From Bacteroidales bacterium (GTDB lineage Bacteria > Bacteroidota > Bacteroidia > Bacteroidales > VadinHA17): a stretch of 60,019 bases of DNA. The position numbers and the translations under genes were made by a program. Positions 1-10,568 of the stretch are shown piece by piece. Location: NCBI GenBank assembly GCA_012517605.1, contig JAAYUS010000150.1, positions 1 to 60,019 of the forward strand. Reading direction: 5' to 3'. The first letter of the stretch is position 1. The number at the start of each line of letters is the position of its first letter. The notes under the pieces were generated by a model. It was not told where the DNA came from. It did no database searches and saw nothing but the letters and a program-made list of their open reading frames with translations.

Positions 1-506
1 CCCTTGTAGTTGAATTCATCAGACTGGTGCTGGCCGAGGCCGTAAAAGCCTTCGTCGGCCGGTGATTCAAAGACCTGACGAAATGAATAGCCATCGGCAC
101 CTTCAACAGTGACCGGAGAAAATGACCTGCCTCCCTTCCTTTCCTGAAGGATCATCCTGCCTGCATTATTTGTGAAGATCACCTGGCCTGTTGTAAGATT
201 TACCTTTGCCTTTAATTCAGATGTAGACAGAATCAGTGTGTCTATTGACTGACGGACATCAAATGGGGGAACAGGTTTACTTTGTTCTATTACACACAGA
301 CTTTTGTCACTGGAAAGTTCCTTACCCGGGGATGCAATCACATGAATGATCTTTTCATTTATTACCTCAAGCTTAATAACAGACGTCATGCCGGGACCTA
401 AGGATCCCAGTTTTATAATTACACCGTCATCCGTAAGTTTCCATACTGATCTGGAACACATTGAAAAAAGGATGACAGCTGAAAAAAACACCAGCAGCTT
501 TTTCAT
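1..506 (-). CDS. Glycoside hydrolase family 31 (alpha-xylosidase-like), N-terminal part; runs off the window edge
   Basis: Not in the ORF track. My translation from ATG at 506 (overlapping the upstream TGA as ATGA) is MKKLLVFFSAVILFSMCS...RQVFESPADEGFYGLGQHQSDEFNYKG: a signal peptide plus the YGLGQHQ motif typical of the GH31 N-terminal region. Confidence 0.75.
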   Translation of the reverse strand, partial: MKKLLVFFSAVILFSMCSRSVWKLTDDGVIIKLGSLGPGMTSVIKLEVINEKIIHVIASPGKELSSDKSLCVIEQSKPVPPFDVRQSIDTLILSTSELKAKVNLTTGQVIFTNNAGRMILQERKGGRSFSPVTVEGADGYSFRQVFESPADEGFYGLGQHQSDEFNYK

Positions 507-1969
507 CTCGCTTTTATTTCAAAATTAACATCTTTTGCCTTAGAAGCAATCGCTTTTAACAGCGACCGCGTATCTTTGCTTATCTCACCTGTGACAAACT
601 CCGGGACATTGTAAGAAAAAAGTGACTCGCTGTACAATCCCGGATCTTTCAATGGCAGCATGAATGGTTTGGAAAATGTTCCGTCACTACTGCAATATGC
701 AATAAAAGGCCGTGTGTAAAGTCCATCTGTTCTCCTGCTGCTGAATATCATCCACCTGGAATTTGAGGACCACGAATGGTAACTGTCACTCTCCAGACTG
801 TTTATCTCTTCAATATTTCTGAATCTGTTGGTGCTCAGGTCGAGGCTGTACAAATCAGCATCACTGTGCCATATCGGGAAATTGCCATAGTCAGAAAGGG
901 TAAATACTAGTTGTTTCCCGTCAGGAGAAATTCTTGGGAAGGATATGCTTCTGCCTGTTTCGCCGGAACTTACCAATGTATCTATCCTGTCGCCTAACCT
1001 GCCCGATGCTGCATCGAACGATATAAGGCAGAGACTGTATTTTGCCTTATCATATCCGGTGGGCTGATCCACCTTTCGGGCCGAGCAAAATACAAGCGAT
1101 TTGCCATCGGGAGAAAATGCCGGAAAAGTTTCAAAACTGTCTTCGGATGATAAAAGACTGGAAGTGAATAGTTTATTATTCCTGACATCATAAATAACTA
1201 TGTCGGACCTTGAGTCAAAAACCTCAATTCTCTTGTCTCTGACTGAATGGAATACCTGGGAGATATTGTTTACGGAAAAAGCGATATAGTCCCCTGATGG
1301 ATGCCAGAAAGGATATATGCAATTTGAGATTGTCGAACTGGTTTTTGTGTTGAGCTTTGTTATTTTTCCCTCATTCAGCAGTATGGTCCCGGAAACATCT
1401 CCCCTGAGATGGAACAGCATTCTGCCCGGGTTTCCCGAACTGAAGGAATGGCAGTTCATGCAGGTACCCCTTACAAGCCTGTTGGTAATAACAGGTTTCT
1501 GCCTGAATGATGAAAGTTCCCTCTGATAGATCCCCATGCTGCTGTATGCCTCATATCCCGGTGCAATAAGCCTGTAGGCGACATAAGGATCGATAGGATC
1601 GCTTTTTACACTTATTTTAAAGGACCTGTACCGCGTCCACTTTTTATCTGTTAGCGCTGTAACAGTCACGGTAAGGTCTTCTCCAATATTGTTTTCAAGC
1701 AGTCTGCGCCATTTCCCCTGCGGAATTCTGACATTCTTCCCTGATCTTATTATTATACTGCCAGTTCTTCCTTTAATAATGACTTCCGACTTTTCACTGT
1801 TGCTGACAATGAAATTAAGCGGGGCGATACCGGCTGGAATAGTAACATCGCAGTAATCCGGGAAGACAGGTGGAAGCATATCGTTAAAAACAACATCATT
1901 GCCAGGTTTGCCGCATGAAGCCGCAGCAATTGCATAAACCACCAGTATTTTAGTACTCCATTTCCACAT
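503..1969 (-). CDS. TolB-like/PD40 beta-propeller lipoprotein
   Basis: Lipobox AASC; PD40 repeats (PFWHPSGDYIAF, PAFSPDGKSLVF, PRISPDGKQLVF, HSWSSNSRWMIF). Confidence 0.8.
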   Translation of the reverse strand: MWKWSTKILVVYAIAAASCGKPGNDVVFNDMLPPVFPDYCDVTIPAGIAPLNFIVSNSEKSEVIIKGRTGSIIIRSGKNVRIPQGKWRRLLENNIGEDLTVTVTALTDKKWTRYRSFKISVKSDPIDPYVAYRLIAPGYEAYSSMGIYQRELSSFRQKPVITNRLVRGTCMNCHSFSSGNPGRMLFHLRGDVSGTILLNEGKITKLNTKTSSTISNCIYPFWHPSGDYIAFSVNNISQVFHSVRDKRIEVFDSRSDIVIYDVRNNKLFTSSLLSSEDSFETFPAFSPDGKSLVFCSARKVDQPTGYDKAKYSLCLISFDAASGRLGDRIDTLVSSGETGRSISFPRISPDGKQLVFTLSDYGNFPIWHSDADLYSLDLSTNRFRNIEEINSLESDSYHSWSSNSRWMIFSSRRTDGLYTRPFIAYCSSDGTFSKPFMLPLKDPGLYSESLFSYNVPEFVTGEISKDTRSLLKAIASKAKDVNFEIKAR

Positions 1970-3807
1970 CAGTATAGGTTCTTCTGTATTATTTCCTCGG
2001 GATTATACTGGTAATCATTAAAATGCAAATAATACCAATATGTCCCTGAAAATCTTTGCCTTAACCTTTGCTCCGCATCAGGATAATTATTGTATATGTC
2101 AGCGTATGCTTTCAGATTCTGCTTTGTATCATGGCTTATATATGGCGGGGAAGCTTCAATAGGGTCTTTATTGCCGGAGGCCAGAATAAAGGTAATTGCC
2201 TCCTGATATGACGACGGAATTCTTTTGTATTGCATAAGCTCCATTGCAGGGATAAGCTCCGAGAAATGTCTGAGATCCTTGGTTATTAAATAAAAAGCCA
2301 TCAGGTATTCAAATGCAGGCTTATTATCAGGATGTTCCCTTATCATCCTTTTCAGGACAGCCTCAATATCCTGAACATGAAAGAAATAATCGTTAACGAC
2401 CAAATACCGCCTTTTTTCACCCCATTCAGCATTATTATTTATTTTCTCCTCATCGTAAAGGTATGCAAGAGTGGTTTTAGCCCATTGCCTGTAAAAAAGT
2501 GTATGCTCAAGGATATGAAGATATTTTTCCGAGACCTGATATTGCCCGTTTATAAGATTGGTTTCAGCCAGTCTTTTAAGAACCCTGGCGGATTTCCCCA
2601 TATCAGGGATGGTTTCCATGCTTTCAAATGCATATTGCTGTGAAGCATTAATAAGTCCCAGGTGGTAAAAGATCTCATTTCCCAGAAGCGGGGCAACATA
2701 CTCCTTGTTGAACGAAAGGAAAAGGCCGTTTATTCCATGCTGGTCATACCTGAACAAATTATTCCCCATCTGACCGGTCTTTGAAAGTGAAAGGTTAAGC
2801 ATCGAAAGCGAGAGATAATTCCTTGGCGGGTGTTTCTCCGAATATTTCAGAACATCGTCCCACCTGCCTTCCCTTACCAGATAATCGTATGTCATCGTTT
2901 CCTCTGCCTCGAAATTTGAAAAACTCCTGAATCCGGCAAAACAGAAAAGAGCGATGATCAGAATTTCTGCCGAAAGGGCTTTAAGAGAATGCTTTTCTCT
3001 GATCCTGAAAATTCCGGTTATCAGCATTAAAAGAGAAGGAAGGAGAAATAAGATCACAATTGTGTGCGGGATAACTCCCGGAATATTGTAATAAAATCTC
3101 CCAAACAGCACTGCAGCGCCAGTCTCCGTTATATAAAACTGTTGAACGATCAGGGGAAAGGCAGCTGCAACTAAAAGGCAGGACATCGTTTTCCATCTGC
3201 CGGCATATTCCAAAGAGCCTTCCGGCCCGCTTTTGCCAGATCTTCTTCCTTTTAATAGTTCGAAAACGAGCATAACAAGAAGCAGGCTTAAGAATGAACC
3301 TCCGGCAAGCCAGTAAACAGCGGGGATAAGCATAATTCCTGTGATAAACCTTTTCCTGTAATGCGTTATGCTGACATAAAACATTGCGGCTGTCATTGCA
3401 AGCAGGAATCCCGTTACAACCGACAGGGGATAAAATTCATTGCAAAGAATCATTTCTGCGAAAAGTGCAGGTATGGAGCTTAAAATGAGCAAGATCCTGT
3501 CTGAGCTGATTGCGATTAAAATCCGCCTCATGATCAGCATAAGTAAAAATAATAACAATGCAATAACCAATGGCCCGATCAATGAGATGTAATAGAACTG
3601 TGTAAAAAACTCACCGAGATATCCTGCAAAACCTCCTGGCAATATCAATTTTTCAATAAGATAATTACAGGAGAAAAGGAAAAGCCTGAACTGTTCTTCA
3701 AAATGCAGATGGCTGTTGTAGAAAAAAGCAAAGAATACAAATATCCAGGCCGGTATTAAAGCCGTTACAACGGATCCTGCAGTTCTTACAACTTTTGTTT
3801 TTTCCAT
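1969..3807 (-). CDS. DUF6057-family membrane protein (multi-TM N-terminus, soluble helical C-terminus)
   Basis: Many hydrophobic segments in the first ~300 aa; motifs PGGFAGYLGEFFTQF, KRLAETNLING, GTYWYY; adjacent to a TolB-like gene as is usual in Bacteroidota. Confidence 0.7.
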   Translation of the reverse strand: MEKTKVVRTAGSVVTALIPAWIFVFFAFFYNSHLHFEEQFRLFLFSCNYLIEKLILPGGFAGYLGEFFTQFYYISLIGPLVIALLLFLLMLIMRRILIAISSDRILLILSSIPALFAEMILCNEFYPLSVVTGFLLAMTAAMFYVSITHYRKRFITGIMLIPAVYWLAGGSFLSLLLVMLVFELLKGRRSGKSGPEGSLEYAGRWKTMSCLLVAAAFPLIVQQFYITETGAAVLFGRFYYNIPGVIPHTIVILFLLPSLLMLITGIFRIREKHSLKALSAEILIIALFCFAGFRSFSNFEAEETMTYDYLVREGRWDDVLKYSEKHPPRNYLSLSMLNLSLSKTGQMGNNLFRYDQHGINGLFLSFNKEYVAPLLGNEIFYHLGLINASQQYAFESMETIPDMGKSARVLKRLAETNLINGQYQVSEKYLHILEHTLFYRQWAKTTLAYLYDEEKINNNAEWGEKRRYLVVNDYFFHVQDIEAVLKRMIREHPDNKPAFEYLMAFYLITKDLRHFSELIPAMELMQYKRIPSSYQEAITFILASGNKDPIEASPPYISHDTKQNLKAYADIYNNYPDAEQRLRQRFSGTYWYYLHFNDYQYNPEEIIQKNLY

Positions 3808-3834
3808 AAGTGACAGTCAGGCACCTGACTCAGA

Positions 3835-6321
3835 TTATTTTTCACCAAGGAGCTGATCTGCAGCCAGTACAAGAAACATAAAATTTGTTGCCCCTCCACC
3901 CATTACATATTCCTGCTGCTGCCACAGGTATGGCCAGTCGAGGAGTTCGGGAAAATCGGGACGTATCAATGCCGTTCCGGATGAAACTCCGCCGGGAATA
4001 TATGACCAGTCTGCCCTGTTGACGCCGTAAGCCACAATTGTCGATTTTGCACCAACACCTGATGCAAATGATGCGGTGTTCTCCCCAGGATGTACCCCAA
4101 GGATGAAGTTAAGGGCGTTAAAAACAGGTGCAGCCTGGAAGATATCAGGAAATGCCTTGTAAAGATAATACTGCCGGACGCCAAATGCCTGAATATCCCA
4201 GCCCGCGCCCCATATATAAGGTCTGTAAGGAACGCCGAAAGGTGTTTCAGCCGACTGCCTGACAATCTCCTCAGAAAGACCTGATGCTGCCTTTCGGACT
4301 TCAGCCGTGAATGCGGGATCGTTGATTTTCGGCAGTGTGCGGCCAATGAGCCAGGCGATGTCGCGGATGCCTTTTACCACTGATTCCTTATTCGCCAGGA
4401 TAAAGTTCCTGTATTGCTCCTCTCCTGTTGTCATGAAGAGCTCCGAAGCTGCATGGATCTTTGAATTTAATGTTCTTCCTGTCATCTGGTAATCATGTGA
4501 AAAAATGACTTTGGCGACTTCAAGGCACTGACTGCTGAGCGTATCGTTGAAGCCTTTCAGAACCCTGGAAGCGGCAGCAAGATGTGCTGCTGTAGTCAGT
4601 TCCCTTGATGGATTCTCCTCAGTAAATACCAGCCTGTCGTCGGGAATTGCAGAGGAAGTACCGGTGCGTTCGCCCGGCAACAGCTGTTTGTAATATATCA
4701 GACCGTCGGTCATCGTTGATCCGTCTCCAAGAAGGACATATTGTCTTTTTTCAGGGCAGATTATTCCCCTGTAAAGCCGTCCAAGATTCCTGTAACCCCC
4801 AACCACCGACAGAGCCCCATGCTCGATCTGCTGCAGTATATCCGGTTTACCGTCGGGCTGGTGTATCTCGACCACGCGAGTAAGCTGATCTATCGTAGTC
4901 TCGTCATAGTTGATCCCGAATGCCTCGTAAGCATTGACAAGTATATATACTTCGCCACTTTGTGATTCGACGCGAAGGTCGTAATCGCCAGCATCGTGCC
5001 ATCCTCCAATATTTAGTCCCGGGACATGGTCGCCCGGTTCGTATTTTGTAAGTGTTGAAGGACCCTGGATATACCCGTCAAAATGGTTATAACTGACAGG
5101 CGCCATCCTTGCATCATCCATGTGGCACAACCCATGCCATACACGGTACTTCTCGTTCACCCGCATGTGACACATCTGGACAGGCAGGAAATATTCAAGC
5201 GTCGGCTGCCATACATTGCGTTTGAATACATCCTCTGATATCCTGAATGGCTGTGATTTAATACCGGCGAGTTCAATGAAATAAATGCCATCCTGCTTTA
5301 CTGATGAAAAGTCGAATTTATAATAATTATATCTCAGGAATGAGCCCCATAGTACCGGCAAGCCGGCAACAGGTACTTTAACGCTCCCGTTCCCGCCAAT
5401 CCTGTAAAGAAGAGGCGCTACGGCACCTTTAACACCTTTGTCTGTTTCAATAAGGGCAACCTTTTCCTGGTCAGGATGATATCCTATCTGGGAAACATGG
5501 ATGACAGGATCGCTTTTCCATCCTGTTACAACATTCGGAGTGATTATCCATTCAACTGCATTTTTAGCAGCGCCACGGGCAACAAGCGATCTGATTACAA
5601 ACCATCCGTTGTTGTGCAGATACCTGCCGTCGAGAAGCTGAAGGTTACCTGTAAGGGATTCCACAGACATCCTGAGCAGGTCATCCTCCGGGGCCACAAC
5701 TAACTTCCGGCCCTGGGCCATTGGCATTGCTGCCACAATTTCACCATTTTTATCTTTCATGGCAGGCCCGTTGGCCTGTCTGGGAAAAAGGCCCGTACTT
5801 TCGTCCATAAGCCATGTTTTGCCAAACAATATGCCGGGAAACAGCTCCATGTTGAATCCAACCTTACCTATGAACTTGTCAGGTACCGGGTTATCAAGAT
5901 CAACAGTCACAACTATTGATCCACCCTGAGGTTTAACTTTAACTGTATAATTAAGATCAAGATCGGGGTATTCAATGGGATTGAAACCTTTCCTGTTTAT
6001 CGCCGGATCGGGATAGGCGAGGGTGACTGTTATTGTACTGCCGGCATCATCAACCTTACGTTCAATCTGTTTTGGGATTGGCTGCCACTGGCCAGGTGTT
6101 TCGTCGAGCCTCAGATCGCCGTTTGTGGCCAGACGTTTCCCATGCATGATTACTGCTACTCCTCCCTGATGGCCTTCCGGATAAATATCCTGATATGCCA
6201 TAACATTCACTCCGCCTCGTTCAAAATATCCGAGCTTATTCAGTACAAAAGATGATTGCTGGCCAAAACAGGCCAGCGATACGAGTAAGATCGACGTGGA
6301 TGCAATAATTAATCTTCTCAT
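3835..6321 (-). CDS. Glycoside hydrolase family 9
   Basis: Signal peptide; Ig-like VSQIGYHP segment; GGWHDAGD catalytic motif; C-terminal QQQEYVM. Confidence 0.85.
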   Translation of the reverse strand: MRRLIIASTSILLVSLACFGQQSSFVLNKLGYFERGGVNVMAYQDIYPEGHQGGVAVIMHGKRLATNGDLRLDETPGQWQPIPKQIERKVDDAGSTITVTLAYPDPAINRKGFNPIEYPDLDLNYTVKVKPQGGSIVVTVDLDNPVPDKFIGKVGFNMELFPGILFGKTWLMDESTGLFPRQANGPAMKDKNGEIVAAMPMAQGRKLVVAPEDDLLRMSVESLTGNLQLLDGRYLHNNGWFVIRSLVARGAAKNAVEWIITPNVVTGWKSDPVIHVSQIGYHPDQEKVALIETDKGVKGAVAPLLYRIGGNGSVKVPVAGLPVLWGSFLRYNYYKFDFSSVKQDGIYFIELAGIKSQPFRISEDVFKRNVWQPTLEYFLPVQMCHMRVNEKYRVWHGLCHMDDARMAPVSYNHFDGYIQGPSTLTKYEPGDHVPGLNIGGWHDAGDYDLRVESQSGEVYILVNAYEAFGINYDETTIDQLTRVVEIHQPDGKPDILQQIEHGALSVVGGYRNLGRLYRGIICPEKRQYVLLGDGSTMTDGLIYYKQLLPGERTGTSSAIPDDRLVFTEENPSRELTTAAHLAAASRVLKGFNDTLSSQCLEVAKVIFSHDYQMTGRTLNSKIHAASELFMTTGEEQYRNFILANKESVVKGIRDIAWLIGRTLPKINDPAFTAEVRKAASGLSEEIVRQSAETPFGVPYRPYIWGAGWDIQAFGVRQYYLYKAFPDIFQAAPVFNALNFILGVHPGENTASFASGVGAKSTIVAYGVNRADWSYIPGGVSSGTALIRPDFPELLDWPYLWQQQEYVMGGGATNFMFLVLAADQLLGEK

Positions 6322-6350
6322 TTGTCTTATTTTATTTATCGATTCAGCAA

Positions 6351-7916
6351 TTATTCAGTCATCTCATTGATTCCCGGTTCCGGCAGTTCACCCTTCGGAA
6401 CGACATTTCCGAAAAAATCATGGTCCGGAAGACCTGTTCCAAACATGGATTTAACTTCCTTACCCCTGTCAAGCAAAGGCGAATCAGGTTTAAGTGAGTA
6501 TCCGGTAAGCGTATTTAGTTGATAAGGATCTGTCAATTCTGTTATAAAGGGTCCTTTCAGGCGGGGATCAGCCTGAATACCGGCAAGTGTTCCGTTTTCC
6601 ATTTCCTGTCCCGTTGCCATTGCCCATGTTTTCAATGATGCGTAATCTCCAAACCTTGTTTTTCCTCCCGTGCCCCACCATACATTGCCAATGAACCTGC
6701 TTCCTGTTTTGTTTTTCCCTGCAAGCTGATCGTTCCCTATAAAAATGTTGTTTGTAAAAAGAAAGTTCCGGTGTTCCGACGCATTTTCAAAGCTGATAAC
6801 CGGAGCCAGCTCATTATAAACCACATTGTTATAAATATAACAATCACTTAGCTGAGTGCTCTCACCCGAACCGTTCCAGATAAAAAAGCTGCCTGAGCCT
6901 TCTGTTGTATGAGCATCATTTATGCTTACACAGTAGCGGATAATATTTCCTGACCAGCCGGAGGCCCCGGGATACTGGAAAAGGCCATATCCTGCGCCTT
7001 CGTTTTCGTACGACAAACAATACTGGATCAATGAATTTGTAACGCCTCCGTCAAGATCGAATCCTCCCCCGTCCTTGCCGCCTTTTGAGGTCCTGTTTCT
7101 GTAGCTTATGCAATACTGGATAGTAACATGATCGCTCATCCATGTCCATATTCCAACCGGTCCGTTACCCTGGCGCGGCATATCCCAGCCATTGTTTGTC
7201 GCAGTGCAGTGATCAATTGTAACATTGCGGGATACACCTACAAGTATTCCGTTCCCGCTGTGATTACCAAGATTTGTCGGATCCCCGGGGTTGTTTTCTG
7301 CATTGCAGTCTTTTATAAGAATGCCCTTTGATGAATCCTGGGAAGAACCCATAATGTTGATCCCGCAAAAACCATTTCCGGTGGCAGTCACGTTCTTTAC
7401 CTCTGCATTGGTACAGTTATAAAGATCAACTCCTGATTTCTGAAATCCTTCAGAATGAATGCTGTCAATTTTAATATCCGCACATCTGGTCATCATCAGA
7501 CCGTTGGCAGTATTCCCATCCTTCCGGCCGCTGCCCCTTAGGATAAGATTTGCAATCCTGATGTTTTTGCAGTTTTTAATATAAACTGCTTCATTGTTTC
7601 CGCCGTTGATCTCTGCCCTGCCTTTCCCATAGGAGCTAATAGTGAAAGGAACGGAATCAGCTCCGTTTATTCCGGTCAAGACAAGGGTGCCCGGGTAGGA
7701 TTGTCCGCCTGCAAAGAAGATGTTACCTGGTTTTGCTTCGATCAGCTTATTGATCGAAGTTATTGTTTTAAGAGGCTTTTTCAGCGTACCTGGATTACTG
7801 TCTTTGCCCTTCTCATTGTTAAGATAATAACAGACTGGACCCTGATGATTGCTTTTAATGCATGATGTGAAGCCAATCAATATCAAGGTCAGTAAAATGG
7901 ATTGCAGCTTTTTCAT
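6351..7916 (-). CDS. Right-handed parallel beta-helix (pectin lyase-like fold) lipoprotein
   Basis: Lipobox FTSC; GKDSNPGT-KP-KTI N-terminal motif; Asn/Gly-rich repeats; DGGGFDLDGG. Confidence 0.75.
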   Translation of the reverse strand: MKKLQSILLTLILIGFTSCIKSNHQGPVCYYLNNEKGKDSNPGTLKKPLKTITSINKLIEAKPGNIFFAGGQSYPGTLVLTGINGADSVPFTISSYGKGRAEINGGNNEAVYIKNCKNIRIANLILRGSGRKDGNTANGLMMTRCADIKIDSIHSEGFQKSGVDLYNCTNAEVKNVTATGNGFCGINIMGSSQDSSKGILIKDCNAENNPGDPTNLGNHSGNGILVGVSRNVTIDHCTATNNGWDMPRQGNGPVGIWTWMSDHVTIQYCISYRNRTSKGGKDGGGFDLDGGVTNSLIQYCLSYENEGAGYGLFQYPGASGWSGNIIRYCVSINDAHTTEGSGSFFIWNGSGESTQLSDCYIYNNVVYNELAPVISFENASEHRNFLFTNNIFIGNDQLAGKNKTGSRFIGNVWWGTGGKTRFGDYASLKTWAMATGQEMENGTLAGIQADPRLKGPFITELTDPYQLNTLTGYSLKPDSPLLDRGKEVKSMFGTGLPDHDFFGNVVPKGELPEPGINEMTE

Positions 7917-8153
7917 TACTATTGTTTTACAGGACTAAAGTCCGGAAAAGGATCAAGGCCAGAACACGGATTAAAAGCCGTGGTCGGAGCATCACAGGTT
8001 TGACGACCACTTTTTCTCAATCACATCAGAGATCCTGTTTGACCATAATACATGGCAGAATCACTTTGTTCACGAATAAAAATCATCGTTCAGGCATGGA
8101 TAAAATCCATTTGTCAAGTCAACAGTCGGGTATTAATAAGCCCGAATTTATTC

Positions 8154-10562
8154 TTATTCAATTACCCATTCATAAACTCCGGATGAGAATTCCTTATTTA
8201 ACTTAACCATCAGCCTGACTGCTGAAGTCTTAACCGGTTCAAATTCAATTGAGTCATAACTGTTTTTAGTTACTTTATAGGGTGAACCGGCTTGTACTGA
8301 TTTCCAGGCATTTCCTGATTTGTATTGTATTTCCCATTCATCCGGGATCCTGCAACCCCCATCGGGTCCGTCATCAAACCAATAAACCTTTGACTTTGAA
8401 ATCGTTTCAGGTTTATCAAGGTCATATTGAAGGTAAACCCACTGATTTTTATCAGGCCACCAGTGATAATATGATACTGAATGGTCGTTCGAATCAGATG
8501 GTCCTATCTGGTCCTTTACAGCAATAATATCTCTTGTTACCTTATTACCCGACACCTTGCTCCGATATGCAAATGTTGGAGCCGGCAGAGGCTTGGAGCT
8601 TTCAGGTTTAACAGGAAGCCAGACCCTCATCTGACCCGGTCCCCTGTTGTTCCATAATGCATAGGGGATCAGTGTTACATCCTTCTCATCTGATACCTCT
8701 ATTTTTCCGTCAAGTGTACGTCTTGTGAGCTTTCCTTTTGTTTTGATAATCTGGGTTCCGTTGAGCAACGACGGAATGTATTCAGTCGTAAAAGAAGGTT
8801 CACTTCCAACAACCAGATTCAGCACCTGACCTTCGTAATTGTCGGGCCATTCAGCACAATAAATTACCGGTCCCCTCTGAACTGCCATTTTGTCTACATC
8901 GTCCTTTATCCGCGTATCCGCAACAACTTTCCTGACCGGCATCGGAATAAAAAGTGAGATCCTGTCTCCTTTTTTCCACTTCCGGTCAATGACTGCATAG
9001 CCGTCTGCAATCTCCGGATTTATGTTTTCCCCATTTACTACAATCATAACAGATTCATTGTTATGATCGCTGAATTTATAAAGGCCTCCTGGCAAAGCTT
9101 CATTCCTCGCCCATCCGGGAATCCTGAGACGCAAAGTGAATCTTCCTTCTTCTGAAGGATCAAGTGATATTTCCACACTGCCGCTCCACGGGAAATCAGC
9201 CTTCTGTGAAATTTTCACATTCCCACCTCCGGCCTCAATCTGCGCATCATTTGAAATATAAAGGTTGACATAAATATCCTTCCCTTTTACAGCATAGACA
9301 TATCCCGGTATTGCAGGCACAAACCTTGCAACATTTGAAGGACAGCAGGCACATCCGAACCAGGCCTGACGCTGGTGACGCCCGTCCGATTCCAGAGGAT
9401 TGGGATAGAAAAACCTGTCAGCCGAAAGGGATACTCCCGACAGCATTGAGTTATAAAGCGTCTTTTCAAGCACATCTATATACTTACCGTCGCCATGAAG
9501 CAGGAAAAGCCTGTGGTTGAAAAAGATATCCCCTATTGAAGCGCACGTCTCGCAATAAGCGGTGGCATTAGGGAGAACAAAAGGGTCTGCAAAACCTTCA
9601 TTTCCACCTGTGGCGCCTATGCCTCCCGTGACATATATCTTGCCATAGACGATATCTTCCCAGATCCTCGTTATTGCATTGAGATAGGCGGCATTGTTTT
9701 CAATTGCTGCTATATCGGCCATCCCCGAGTACATATATGTTGCCCTGACTGCATGACCTACAGCCTTATTCTGATCAGTAACTTTCTGATGAGCCTGATT
9801 GTATTGTTCGCCATGAGGCCCTCTGATATCGAGAAAGAATTTCGCAAGATCGAGATATTTTTTGTCGCCGGTGGTCCTGTAAAGTTTGACAAGTCCCATT
9901 TCAATGACCTGGTGGCCGGGGTAGACAGTGACTTTACCAGGCCCGAAATCCTTGCTGACCAGGTCAGCCGATTTGATTGCGATATTCAGGAGAGACCTCT
10001 TTCCTGTCGCCTGGTAATGAGCTACTGCAGCTTCATAGAGATGACCGAGGTTATAAAGTTCATGACTCAAAACGGTATCGAGGAGCCATCTTTCGGGGCT
10101 TGCCCATTCATGAAGCCCCTTCCCTCCATGCTTTTCAGCAATGGTTCTGTTCGTATAAAGGTATCCGTCATCTTCCTGTGCCAGTCCTATTTTCCAAATG
10201 AGTGTATCGAGATATCCTTCAAGCCTGGGATCAGGATATGTCTGAAGTGAATAGCTTGCTCCTTCAATTATCTTGAAAACATCCGAATCATCAAACGGAT
10301 AAAGTGTCCTGAAAGCCCCGGTATCAAGACCCCCGGCTATTTCAAAGTTCTTCACCCTGCCCGAAGACTCGCAGTAAGAAAAAGCAATAGGAATTGTCAC
10401 TTCGGCATTTTTCCTGATCCTGGGTGCCCAGAAGTTATCAGTCAGCTTTACTGAAGTAAATGGAACCGGACGTATGGGATAGTCAGCCGATGGCGGTTTT
10501 GAACACTCTGCCAGTAAAAGACAGAAGAAAATCAATAAAGAAAGAGGCAATAATCTTCTCAT
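8154..10562 (-). CDS. GH127 beta-L-arabinofuranosidase-like protein with C-terminal F5/8 type C (CBM32-like) domain
   Basis: FDDSDVFK, HELYNLGH, GHAVRA, YCETCAS and CACCPSN motifs; note GHQVIE where GHxEIE is usual. Confidence 0.9.
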   Translation of the reverse strand: MRRLLPLSLLIFFCLLLAECSKPPSADYPIRPVPFTSVKLTDNFWAPRIRKNAEVTIPIAFSYCESSGRVKNFEIAGGLDTGAFRTLYPFDDSDVFKIIEGASYSLQTYPDPRLEGYLDTLIWKIGLAQEDDGYLYTNRTIAEKHGGKGLHEWASPERWLLDTVLSHELYNLGHLYEAAVAHYQATGKRSLLNIAIKSADLVSKDFGPGKVTVYPGHQVIEMGLVKLYRTTGDKKYLDLAKFFLDIRGPHGEQYNQAHQKVTDQNKAVGHAVRATYMYSGMADIAAIENNAAYLNAITRIWEDIVYGKIYVTGGIGATGGNEGFADPFVLPNATAYCETCASIGDIFFNHRLFLLHGDGKYIDVLEKTLYNSMLSGVSLSADRFFYPNPLESDGRHQRQAWFGCACCPSNVARFVPAIPGYVYAVKGKDIYVNLYISNDAQIEAGGGNVKISQKADFPWSGSVEISLDPSEEGRFTLRLRIPGWARNEALPGGLYKFSDHNNESVMIVVNGENINPEIADGYAVIDRKWKKGDRISLFIPMPVRKVVADTRIKDDVDKMAVQRGPVIYCAEWPDNYEGQVLNLVVGSEPSFTTEYIPSLLNGTQIIKTKGKLTRRTLDGKIEVSDEKDVTLIPYALWNNRGPGQMRVWLPVKPESSKPLPAPTFAYRSKVSGNKVTRDIIAVKDQIGPSDSNDHSVSYYHWWPDKNQWVYLQYDLDKPETISKSKVYWFDDGPDGGCRIPDEWEIQYKSGNAWKSVQAGSPYKVTKNSYDSIEFEPVKTSAVRLMVKLNKEFSSGVYEWVIE

Positions 10563-10568
10563 CGGAAT

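Noticed and set aside
7922-8206. 94-aa plus-strand ORF and the GTGGTCG/CGACCAC inverted repeat at about 7980-8010
   Set aside because: The ORF has a TTG start, opposes the operon and has no motifs; the hairpin has only a 7-bp stem with a long loop, too weak to call
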